A stretch of DNA of 64,000 nt from Bdellovibrionota bacterium (GTDB lineage Bacteria; Bdellovibrionota_C; UBA2361; JBGSMV01), in NCBI GenBank assembly GCA_044356455.1, contig JBIKWF010000001.1, positions 83,801 through 147,800 of the forward strand, in the 5' to 3' direction. A program made the translations under genes and the position numbers. The notes below the pieces were generated by a model. It saw nothing but the letters and a program-made list of their open reading frames with translations, did not search any database and was not told the DNA's origin. Below, piece by piece: positions 47,123 to 55,620 of the stretch (positions are counted from its first letter, which is position 1; each line of letters begins with the position of its first letter).

Positions 47123-48403
47123 ATGGACATTCGCATTGGGGTGCTTGGATTAGGATACGTGGGGCTGCCGCTCGCATTGGCGTTTGCGCGTACTTTCAAG
47201 GGCACTGTTGGGTTCGATATCGCGAGTGACAAGGTTGCTCAGCTCAGGAAGGGAATTGATGTCACCGAGGAGGGACTCGATGATGAAATCAAGGCGACCT
47301 CTCTTAAAATCTCGGATTCCATCGATGCGCTTAAGGGATGCAATTTCTATGTCGTGACGGTTCCAACCCCTGTCGACCAGAATCACAACCCTGATCTTAC
47401 GCCCCTTCGAAGTGCCTGCGAGGTGCTTGCGAAAGTAATCAGCAAGGGAGCAACCATTGTTTTCGAGTCGACAGTCTACCCTGGCCTGACTGAAGAAATC
47501 TGCGGCACGTGGATTGCCGAACTTTCCGGCCTGGCCCGCGGACGTGACTTTAAGCTCGGCTATTCTCCCGAGCGCATGAACCCAGGCGACAAGGAGCACT
47601 CGGTAGATAAAATTGTGAAGGTAGTGGCAGGCGAGGATGCCGCAACGCTGGAGCTCGTCTCCAAGGTCTACGGCACCGTCGTTACCGCCGGCTTGCACCG
47701 TGCAAGCTCGATAAAAGTAGCGGAAGCTGCCAAGGTTATCGAGAATACGCAGCGCGATCTCAACATCGCCCTCATGAACGAGCTTGCGATAATATTCGAC
47801 AAGATTGGGATTGCCACGCGAGATGTTTTGGAAGCTGCGGGAACGAAATGGAATTTTCTGCGCTTCTCCCCGGGCCTCGTGGGCGGGCACTGCATTGGAG
47901 TGGACCCGTACTATCTCACGACCAAAGCCGAGCAGCTCGGATACCATCCCCAGGTCATCTTGGCGGGAAGAAGAATCAATGATGGCATGGGGGCCTGGCT
48001 TGCGCAGCGCATGGTGAAGCTTATGGTCAATGCCGGCTTCGCGCTTAAGGGGGCACGGGTTGGCGTTTTGGGTCTCACCTTTAAAGAGAATGTCTCTGAT
48101 ATTCGCAACAGCAGGGTGCCTGATATCGTCAAGGAAATGCGTGAATTTGGGGCCGAGGTGCTGGTGCATGACCCGTTGGCAAAAGGGCAGCATGTAAAGC
48201 ATGAGTATGGGCTTGAGCTTTCAGGTCTTGACGCGTTTAAAGACCTCGATGGCGTTATTCTCGCGGTCGCGCATGCGCAGTATCGCGAGATGGCGCTCTC
48301 TCAGTACGCAGAGATGCTCAAAAAGAATGCAATTCTTATGGATGTAAAAGCTATCCTTGATCGCTCCAAGGTGCCGAGCGGAATTTCTTATTGGTGCCTC
48401 TAA
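47123..48403 (+). CDS. UDP-N-acetylhexosamine 6-dehydrogenase (WbpO/TviB-like)
   Basis: GLGYVGLPLA, VPTP, ESTVYPG, YSPER, AKVIENTQRD, GGHCIGVDPYYL, FKEN..D.RN. Confidence 0.95.
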   Translation: MDIRIGVLGLGYVGLPLALAFARTFKGTVGFDIASDKVAQLRKGIDVTEEGLDDEIKATSLKISDSIDALKGCNFYVVTVPTPVDQNHNPDLTPLRSACEVLAKVISKGATIVFESTVYPGLTEEICGTWIAELSGLARGRDFKLGYSPERMNPGDKEHSVDKIVKVVAGEDAATLELVSKVYGTVVTAGLHRASSIKVAEAAKVIENTQRDLNIALMNELAIIFDKIGIATRDVLEAAGTKWNFLRFSPGLVGGHCIGVDPYYLTTKAEQLGYHPQVILAGRRINDGMGAWLAQRMVKLMVNAGFALKGARVGVLGLTFKENVSDIRNSRVPDIVKEMREFGAEVLVHDPLAKGQHVKHEYGLELSGLDAFKDLDGVILAVAHAQYREMALSQYAEMLKKNAILMDVKAILDRSKVPSGISYWCL

Positions 48404-48405
48404 GT

Positions 48406-49422
48406 ATGACAAACTACGAAATGCTCCGTGCCGAGTTACTACGTGGTTCGGCGTACGATATCTGTCTCACGGGCGCAGCAGGATTTATTGGTTCGCATAT
48501 TCTGGAAGAGCTTCTGAGGCTCGGCCAGCGAGTGGTGGGCATTGATAATTTCGCAACGGGTCATCAGCGTAATCTAGATGATGTGAAGCGGATCGTAGGC
48601 AGCGAAGCTTTCGCGCGCTTTACTTTTGCAAAGGGTGACATTTGCGCGCCTGGATTTGTCGAGACGGCGGCACGGGGGTGCCGCGTAATAATCCACCAAG
48701 CGGCTCTTGGGTCCGTGAAGCGCTCTATCGATGACCCCATGGAAACCAATCGCGTTAATGTAGAAGGGACACTGCGCGTTCTTCAGGCTGCACGGACTCT
48801 GGGGATTAAGCGAGTGGTATACGCCTCTTCGAGCTCCGTATACGGGGACTTGAATATGAGTCCGAAGAGAGAGGACGTGCTAGGTAATCCGCTTTCACCT
48901 TATGCAGCCTCCAAGAAATTTAATGAAATTTACGCCGAAGTTTTTAAGTCATTGTACGGACTTGAGCCCATAGGGCTGCGCTACTTTAATGTGTTTGGCC
49001 CTCGGCAAGACCCCCATGGTGACTATGCCGCGGTTATCCCGCGCTGGACAGGTGAGCGCCTGCGGGGAGAAGAGTCGACCATTTTTGGTGATGGGCTTAC
49101 CAGCCGAGATTTTTGCTTCGTCTCGAATGTGGTTCAGGCGAATCTTCTTGCAGCATTCGCTCCCACCGATAAGGTCTCGGGAGCGTATAATGTGGCTCTA
49201 GGAGATGAGACGACTCTTAATGAGCTTTACGAAGTTATCGATTCTCACGCTGCGGTGACGAAGCGCCCCGCGCGTTACGCCGCCTTTCGCCCGGGAGACG
49301 TGCGTAATTCCCGAGCGGATATCTCGAAAGCGGTTCGGGACTTGGGGTTCTCGCCTGAGGTTCGGGTGAAAGATGGCCTTGCGCTCACCGTGGAGTGGTA
49401 TCGCAATGCACGAAGTGAATGA
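48406..49422 (+). CDS. UDP-GlcNAc(A) 4-epimerase (WbpP/TviC-like)
   Basis: TGAAGFIGS, HQAALGSV.RS, ASSSSVYG, SPYA.SK, LRYFNVFG.RQDP...YAAVIP. Confidence 0.93.
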   Translation: MTNYEMLRAELLRGSAYDICLTGAAGFIGSHILEELLRLGQRVVGIDNFATGHQRNLDDVKRIVGSEAFARFTFAKGDICAPGFVETAARGCRVIIHQAALGSVKRSIDDPMETNRVNVEGTLRVLQAARTLGIKRVVYASSSSVYGDLNMSPKREDVLGNPLSPYAASKKFNEIYAEVFKSLYGLEPIGLRYFNVFGPRQDPHGDYAAVIPRWTGERLRGEESTIFGDGLTSRDFCFVSNVVQANLLAAFAPTDKVSGAYNVALGDETTLNELYEVIDSHAAVTKRPARYAAFRPGDVRNSRADISKAVRDLGFSPEVRVKDGLALTVEWYRNARSE

Positions 49423-49453
49423 AGTGCCTAGCGCTTCGCTGATGCCAGAGCAT

Positions 49454-50065
49454 TTAGAAGGGTGAGTGTGTGCCCCTCGTGCTCCAGAGGATGCCGCCGT
49501 GCGGCTCAAAGAGTGTTCCCTGAGAGTAAATGGTGCCTCCCACTTCTTCAGCAAGGCTTCTGATAAGTGCACGCACCTTGCCCTGAGCGTCGTCTGAAGG
49601 GACGATCTGAAGCCACATTACATCCTTGTAGCTGCCAGCAAGCTGCCCCAATTGCGCTTGAAGTTCTTGGTTCCTGGCACTTGCCTTCATGGCTGGGCGA
49701 AGGGCGAGGGTGAGGTAAGAAGAGAAATCGCCCTCATATCCACATAGGATTCGCACCTCGGTATCTCCTAACACTACGAGAAAAGGAATTTCGCCCTTCT
49801 TCGTAGGGGAGATAGCAAATGATTCTGCCTCAGACGAGGCGGCGTGTGCGAGGTGTGTGAGGCGCTCGAGAGTAAGGCGGATGGGCGTCTTGGTGAAAAT
49901 GGTGGCGCTGGTAAGTGATCTTGCGATTGAGATGGGTGGCTTTCGGTGTGCCGATGAAGTGCTGCAAGCCGAAAAAGTAACGAGGGCCACGGTGAGCAGC
50001 GCTGCCCGTAGCAGACGCACAGCTGCGTCTCTGTTATGGGAAAGGATGGGGGCGGAGATTTTCAA
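49454..50065 (-). CDS. Hypothetical lipoprotein
   Basis: Hydrophobic signal with lipobox FSAC; fills the gap, no recognised domain. Confidence 0.55.
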   Translation of the reverse strand: MKISAPILSHNRDAAVRLLRAALLTVALVTFSACSTSSAHRKPPISIARSLTSATIFTKTPIRLTLERLTHLAHAASSEAESFAISPTKKGEIPFLVVLGDTEVRILCGYEGDFSSYLTLALRPAMKASARNQELQAQLGQLAGSYKDVMWLQIVPSDDAQGKVRALIRSLAEEVGGTIYSQGTLFEPHGGILWSTRGTHSPF

Positions 50066-50080
50066 AAACGAGGCCTTGGG

Positions 50081-50623
50081 TTACGACGCTGGCGAGAGGG
50101 GAGTTTTTCCATCATCGCTATCGTCCTGAGCTTCAACAATAGCAACGGAAGCGCCAGCAATTGCGAGGGAACCTGCCACACCGGCGCCAATGGCGGTGGG
50201 GATAGACATGCCAAGCACCGTGGTGCCACCAACGGCTCCAGCAACCGCGGTAGTCCCTGTAACCCCAATGCTCATAAAAGTAACGCTGGGAGTAACAGAG
50301 GCGACAGTCCAAACTCCAGGAGCTACGCCTTGAAACACGACGACGCCATTCGCGGACACTCCAGTGATTACTTCGCCAGTAGCTTCATTGGTGAGGGTCA
50401 CCTCAGCGCCGTTTGCTGGCTGGCCTGAGGAGTCAACGAGCTCAAACTTAATGTCCCCTGCAGTCTCAACTTCGCTCATGTTGCGGGTAATTCCGCCGGT
50501 GTCTTTGATAATCATCTGCTCAGTCTCGGCTAAGGCAGAGTACGGTAGCAGAGTGCATGCGGCGGCTATGCTGAGGGTGCGAGCCAGCCTAGAGAGAGCT
50601 TGCCTAAGGGATGCGTTCTTCAT
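50081..50623 (-). CDS. Secreted Ig/prealbumin-like (carboxypeptidase-regulatory-like) protein, paralog of 16459-17145
   Basis: Signal peptide ending ALA; VDSSGQP..GA.VTL, F..V.PG.W; Gly/Ala hydrophobic segment; acidic tail ending PLSPAS. Confidence 0.8.
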   Translation of the reverse strand: MKNASLRQALSRLARTLSIAAACTLLPYSALAETEQMIIKDTGGITRNMSEVETAGDIKFELVDSSGQPANGAEVTLTNEATGEVITGVSANGVVVFQGVAPGVWTVASVTPSVTFMSIGVTGTTAVAGAVGGTTVLGMSIPTAIGAGVAGSLAIAGASVAIVEAQDDSDDGKTPLSPAS

Positions 50624-50889
50624 AGAGATTCTCTTCGTGAGGATAGAACCAAAACTAAAGTACGTTTACTTCTCCAAGAGGCCTTGCGGGCTACACTACT
50701 TGGATTCAGCAGAGAGGTGGGGTGATGCTCAAATTATCGGTATTATTGAGAGAAATGGCGCGAGGGACTTGGCCTAGGTAGGGGGGCGTTGGCACAGCCT
50801 AACGCGCTCGCCTAGCGAGCGAGGTGCAAGGCGAAATAACCCAAAATTTCCCGCAGTTATGAAGTCCCGTGCTAAGTGCTAGGGGGAGG

Positions 50890-52593
50890 TTACTCCTTAG
50901 ACCCGCTGCGAGAGTCCGCATAGAACGCCGTTAGTGCAAGGAGGGCGGCCGCCAGGGTGGTAATGGCTGGTATGCGGAACGGGAAATCAAAGAAGCTTGC
51001 AATTAAGAGGGCAAGCCCGCCACATACAAGCGCAGAAAGCGCCGCGCGAGGCCTGCCCTGAGAGCCCTTGGCCACTTTTGCGCAGCGAAATACAAGCAGA
51101 ATAAGACCCGCAAGCACCATTGAGGTCGGAATAATTCCCATCTCCGCCAAAAATTGGAGAGGGTCAGAATGCAGGTAAACTGGATTTATGCCGCTTAAGG
51201 CGGTTGCCATGTATTGAGGGTGAACCTTGGCCCAGGCTCCTGCGCCGACTCCTAGAAAAATATGATCTCTAATGAGGGGAAGTGTGTCCTGGTAGAGTTG
51301 CCAACGCATATCGTCTTGGGAGTGCATGAGGCCATACTCCAATCGATCTGCGAACAACTCGGAGCCTCTGCCGTACAGGAAGAAATAGACCAGAACTGCC
51401 GCCGCGATACCGAGCGCTGGGCGCCCATAGAGCGATACGAGAGAGAAGGTACGTGCAATTTGTTCACGCGTTATATGGGTCGCCTTGCTTCGCCCCTTTT
51501 TTCGTGACTTGCGGGAGTGGAGAGCGGAGGTCTCAATATCCGGGCTTTCATTCGGCTCGGAAAGGCGAGCAACATCATCGGCCCAGCTGGCCTTGGGCAG
51601 CGGGTCTTTTCCAAAGATAAAATCCCGAAGGAGAAACACCGCGAGGGCTACTCCCATGGCAAGCCAGCTTCCTCGCGACAGTGAGGCTGCGATGCAGAGA
51701 GTTGAAGCGACGGCTAATCCCAGCAGAAGACCCACGCGGATAAGCCGATGCTGCACCCGGGTGCTCGCAACAAGAAGAGCCCAGGAGCGCTTATTGGCGC
51801 GTTGGGTAGTGAGCGCCAGATCGCGCAGCTCTATGAGGGTAACCGAAAGTGCCCCCGCAATTAGGAAGAATACAGGCAGCAGAAAGTGGGCAAGGTGATT
51901 GCTATTAACGAACGGCCAGCGTGCACGAACGGAAGTAAAAACGTGGTCGGGTTCAAACAACCAGAAGAGCTTGCCGGTGTCATAAAACCAGTGGCTAAGC
52001 GCCGTAATACTAACCAGGGTGCCTGAGAGTACGAGAAACATGATGAGCTTCTCTGCCTTCGCCTCGCGGCTCCCGACCCAGGCGCGGCAAAGCGCGAACG
52101 TGGCAACAAACGTAACGACATTCCAGAAGAAAGATAAGAAGGCGGCGCTTGACTGGGGAAGCGCCACTTTCCCAAGAACCGTATGCTGAAAAGGATAAAG
52201 TGTTCCCACGAGGAGTTGAATAGCGGTCCAACCGAGTACGCCGGTGCAGAGTGCCACTATCGCAAGGGAGGTGGAGTCCTTTCGGAAGCAGTACTCAAGC
52301 CGCTTACGCCCGAAGATGAAGAAAGCGATCAAGGCGCCAAAAACACAGACGCGCTCAAGGAGATACACGGGCTGGTGGACCGAGCCAAACCAGAGGGGGC
52401 TTGCGACGATGAGCAAAAAAATAAGCGCTGAGACTGAGCTTCTGAGAAGTGGGGGCAGGGCATGATGCTCTGCGCCAGGATGATTCTCGGGCTCGGCAGC
52501 ACCGGAGCCAGAAATCTCAGAGGCGGCTTGCGTCTCGATAGGGTCAAGTTCGATTGTCGCTTCGCCGCCGCTAGATTCTTTTGGATATGCCAT
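50890..52593 (-). CDS. O-antigen ligase / Wzy_C family protein (WaaL or O-oligosaccharyltransferase)
   Basis: F.N.NHLA, S.SRG, R........I.DH...G.G.G, HSD.LQ.LAE.G, DFP..IPA. Confidence 0.88.
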   Translation of the reverse strand: MAYPKESSGGEATIELDPIETQAASEISGSGAAEPENHPGAEHHALPPLLRSSVSALIFLLIVASPLWFGSVHQPVYLLERVCVFGALIAFFIFGRKRLEYCFRKDSTSLAIVALCTGVLGWTAIQLLVGTLYPFQHTVLGKVALPQSSAAFLSFFWNVVTFVATFALCRAWVGSREAKAEKLIMFLVLSGTLVSITALSHWFYDTGKLFWLFEPDHVFTSVRARWPFVNSNHLAHFLLPVFFLIAGALSVTLIELRDLALTTQRANKRSWALLVASTRVQHRLIRVGLLLGLAVASTLCIAASLSRGSWLAMGVALAVFLLRDFIFGKDPLPKASWADDVARLSEPNESPDIETSALHSRKSRKKGRSKATHITREQIARTFSLVSLYGRPALGIAAAVLVYFFLYGRGSELFADRLEYGLMHSQDDMRWQLYQDTLPLIRDHIFLGVGAGAWAKVHPQYMATALSGINPVYLHSDPLQFLAEMGIIPTSMVLAGLILLVFRCAKVAKGSQGRPRAALSALVCGGLALLIASFFDFPFRIPAITTLAAALLALTAFYADSRSGSKE

Positions 52594-52626
52594 ACTACGT
52601 TGCCTTTTGAGCCGTGTTGTCTCGCA

Positions 52627-53319
52627 TTAGGGGAAAGTCGCTTTCTCCGCCGTTTTTTCAAGCGTTAGTTTGGAAAAGAGTTCCTGAACCTGCGCCTTGG
52701 TATTTTCAATTGAGGAGTCGTTTCTGATTACGAAATCCGCTCGCGCAACTTTGGAGTCCGTTGAGAGTTGCGCCGCAAGTTTCTTCTCTGCCAATTCTTT
52801 GCTGCAACCATCTCGTGCCATAACCCTTGCGATGCACTGGTCGTGGGACGCAGCGACTACTGCGATTCTGTCGAGCTCCTCATAGGAGTAGCCAGATTCA
52901 AAGAGCAGTGGTACGGCATATACGATGAGCGGCGCAGGCGGGGATTTGTGAAGTTCGGCATTCAGTCGCTTATGGAAGCTCTCGCGAATGCGCGGGTGGA
53001 GTATCGCTTCAAGCGCTTTGCGCTCAGAGGGGTTGGAGAACACTATTTCGCCAAGAGCCTTTCGGCAAAGCTGCCCGTTCTGGTCTAATATGACAGGTCC
53101 AAAGTGCTTGGTTACGAGCGTAAGCCCCTCGCTTCCGGGCGCCACGACCTCTCGCGCAAGTTCGTCGGCATCAATGATAACTGCTCCAAGCTCGTTAAAA
53201 AGTCCGGCCACGAGAGACTTTCCTGAGCCAATTGAGCCAGTAAGGCCAAGGACGAGTGGGGCCTCGCTCGGGGTGGGGACACGTTTAGCTGGCACCGTTG
53301 TTGGCTGCTGGTCATTCAT
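52627..53319 (-). CDS. coaE: Dephospho-CoA kinase
   Basis: GLTGSIGSGKS, IDAD..AR, L..I.HP, VPLLFE, AD.VI.N. Confidence 0.95.
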   Translation of the reverse strand: MNDQQPTTVPAKRVPTPSEAPLVLGLTGSIGSGKSLVAGLFNELGAVIIDADELAREVVAPGSEGLTLVTKHFGPVILDQNGQLCRKALGEIVFSNPSERKALEAILHPRIRESFHKRLNAELHKSPPAPLIVYAVPLLFESGYSYEELDRIAVVAASHDQCIARVMARDGCSKELAEKKLAAQLSTDSKVARADFVIRNDSSIENTKAQVQELFSKLTLEKTAEKATFP

Positions 53320-53441
53320 TTGCTCGTTCCAATAAGAGGCTAGTTCAGAGCGTAACCGTCATAAGATTAAACCGCGCGTGGATAACAATTGTTGATTGCC
53401 CGTAATTTAGGTAGAAGTAACTCACTTTTAGAGAGTGGTCT

Positions 53442-54290
53442 ATGACGATCGGTGATCCAGAGAATCTTAAGAAGAATAGCGCTTCCCGCGTTGCCCCAAA
53501 AGGGGAAGAACTCATAAATGATGAGCAAGATGGGCCTCTTACGGCTCACGGCGATGAGGACGAGGTGCCCATGCGCAAAGTCGACCAGGATTGGGACGAT
53601 AGCGACGAGGGCGATTTGCCCGAGGAAGAAGAGGGGGGAGCCGGCGAACCTTCCTCAAAACGCGAGGCTCGGCCTACCACGAAGGAGGGGTGGGGACGAG
53701 GAGAAGGGGGGACACGAGCTCCGGCCTCCGCGAGCGCGTCAGGCGGTGCACCCCAGGCTGGCTCTCGACCCTCTTCTGGTAGAGGGGGCAGTCAGACCAT
53801 GGAGGAGGACGAAGACGAGGCGCCTCAAAGACCAGCTCCCCGAGCGCGGATGGAGCGCAGAGCGCCGCCCAATTCAGTCCAGGAACTTTTTGCGAGCGAG
53901 ATTCCGCAGCGCGCTTCCTATGCCGATCCAAAACTTCGGCAGCACCTCACCGGTACGGTTTTAGTAAAAGTGCTGAGTTATCCTGACCGTAGAGGGGGTT
54001 CCGATCGCGGCGGAGCAGATAGAGGGTATGAACGAGGTGGTGACCGAAGAGGTAGCGAGCAGCGCTTTCTTTTTGATTGGACGGCGGAGGCTGCGCGCTG
54101 CGCCCCAAGTGAGGCCACGACCGCAGATTGCGTCATCTCGGTGAGCGAGACCAATTTGATGCGAATAGCCCAGGGCGATTTAAATCCGCAAATTTCAATG
54201 CTTTCAGACAAGGTGCGGATTGAAGGCCAAGCCTCCTTTGCGATCTACTTCTTTAATCTTGTAGCTCCCCAAAACGGAAGTTTTGTTTAG
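53442..54290 (+). CDS. SCP2 sterol-binding-domain protein with long acidic disordered N-terminus
   Basis: C-terminal ADC.I......L..I..G.LNPQ...LS.KV.IEG.......F pattern. Confidence 0.75.
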   Translation: MTIGDPENLKKNSASRVAPKGEELINDEQDGPLTAHGDEDEVPMRKVDQDWDDSDEGDLPEEEEGGAGEPSSKREARPTTKEGWGRGEGGTRAPASASASGGAPQAGSRPSSGRGGSQTMEEDEDEAPQRPAPRARMERRAPPNSVQELFASEIPQRASYADPKLRQHLTGTVLVKVLSYPDRRGGSDRGGADRGYERGGDRRGSEQRFLFDWTAEAARCAPSEATTADCVISVSETNLMRIAQGDLNPQISMLSDKVRIEGQASFAIYFFNLVAPQNGSFV

Positions 54291-55501
54291 GAAGTTCCAG
54301 TCGCCAGAGGTAGGTCGAGAGTGAAGGTGGTTCCTTCACCTTCTGAGCTTTTTACCGCAACAGATCCACCAAGATCTTTTACCATGGTTCGCACGATGTA
54401 GAGTCCCAGACCTGTTCCTGAGGTGTTCTTGCTCGTGCTCCCCCGAAAGCGCCTGGAGAAAAGTTTCGGGAGTTCCTCCATAGGAATAATGGGCAACGAG
54501 TTGTTAATTTCAAAACGAGCCAGGTCCCCCGCGCGAGAGGTGCTGAGCGTGATGGTGCCGCCGCGCGGTGTGTAGCGCAGCGCATTCGCAAAAAGGTTGG
54601 TGAGGATTCTTTCTAGCGGGATTCGGTTAACTGCCACCGGGAGACTCTCCTGAGAGATGACTGCGCGAACAGTATGTGCGGTTGGGTCCTCCCGGAAGCA
54701 TTCTTCGATGACCGTCTTGCACGTCGCTCCAAGGTCGGCAGCCGCGTCGGTAAGGCCAAGGCGGTGAACGCTGAGATCGGAAAGCTGCTGATAGTTTCTG
54801 AGCAAATCTATTGAGCGCGCCGAAGTCGCTCTAATCTTCCCAAGAATTGATTTCTGCTGCTCGGAGAGCTGGGAGGCGCCTGAGGTCTCAAGGAGCGCGT
54901 CGGCATACCCGAAAATAGCGCTCAAGGGATTCTTTAGGTCGTGCGCTGCAGTGGCAAGAAACTCCTCGCGCTCTTGAAGAGACGAAAGCGGCGCCTCTTC
55001 AGCCCCTGAGGGTAGCTTTGCGTTTTCCCCTGTAGCTGGGTCTTCATTCACGGCTGCCAGGTCCGCAGAATTAGGACAGACGGCTATGAACATTATCAGT
55101 GGTGAGTCTTTGGTGCAGCCAAGTTCGAACACGACAGCCAAAGGCTTTCTTTTGCTGAGGGCCTCAGGAGGTACTGAGAGCTCAACGCAATTACAATAAC
55201 GTGTTCTCGTAATGTGTCCAAGAACTGCCCCCCTAAATGAAGGATGCCCTTGCAGAACAAGGAGCTGCTCCTTGTGGTGTAAGCCGCTTCCTTCTACAAC
55301 CGAGGGGGTTAAAAATGAGCACGCGGCTTGGTTCGCGTATAAGACTTCAGCGCTTCGTGAGAGCGCGAGTACTGGGCAAGCTGCGGAGTTAAACAAGTCA
55401 GAGGCCTGGGAACTACTCGCAAAGGGGATGGCGGGGCCAATTTGAGACAAGCTGGCGCGGGCTTCTGAGGGCGCAGGGGGATTTTTTTGTGGCGGTTCCA
55501 T
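54287..55501 (-). CDS. Cytoplasmic sensor histidine kinase (PAS-like + HisKA + HATPase)
   Basis: AHDLKNPL, NL..NA.RYT, F, GTGLGL, G..F boxes; YANQAA PAS-like start; no TM. Confidence 0.92.
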   Translation of the reverse strand: MEPPQKNPPAPSEARASLSQIGPAIPFASSSQASDLFNSAACPVLALSRSAEVLYANQAACSFLTPSVVEGSGLHHKEQLLVLQGHPSFRGAVLGHITRTRYCNCVELSVPPEALSKRKPLAVVFELGCTKDSPLIMFIAVCPNSADLAAVNEDPATGENAKLPSGAEEAPLSSLQEREEFLATAAHDLKNPLSAIFGYADALLETSGASQLSEQQKSILGKIRATSARSIDLLRNYQQLSDLSVHRLGLTDAAADLGATCKTVIEECFREDPTAHTVRAVISQESLPVAVNRIPLERILTNLFANALRYTPRGGTITLSTSRAGDLARFEINNSLPIIPMEELPKLFSRRFRGSTSKNTSGTGLGLYIVRTMVKDLGGSVAVKSSEGEGTTFTLDLPLATGTS

Positions 55502-55620
55502 GGCTTAGGGCCACAATAGTAGCGCGAGTGAAGCTAGGCGCCACCCTCTTTTTATGGGAAGTATATAGGCCGTGGGCGGATGCCAGCGGCCCTTTTTATT
55601 AGCAAGAGAATTAAGACGCT

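Noticed and set aside
47150..48202. 350-aa antisense ORF
   Set aside because: A shadow frame of the well-conserved dehydrogenase, with no recognisable motifs.
53378..53386. DnaA box / replication origin
   Set aside because: A single imperfect box (TTATCCACG on minus) with no box cluster or origin-linked genes.
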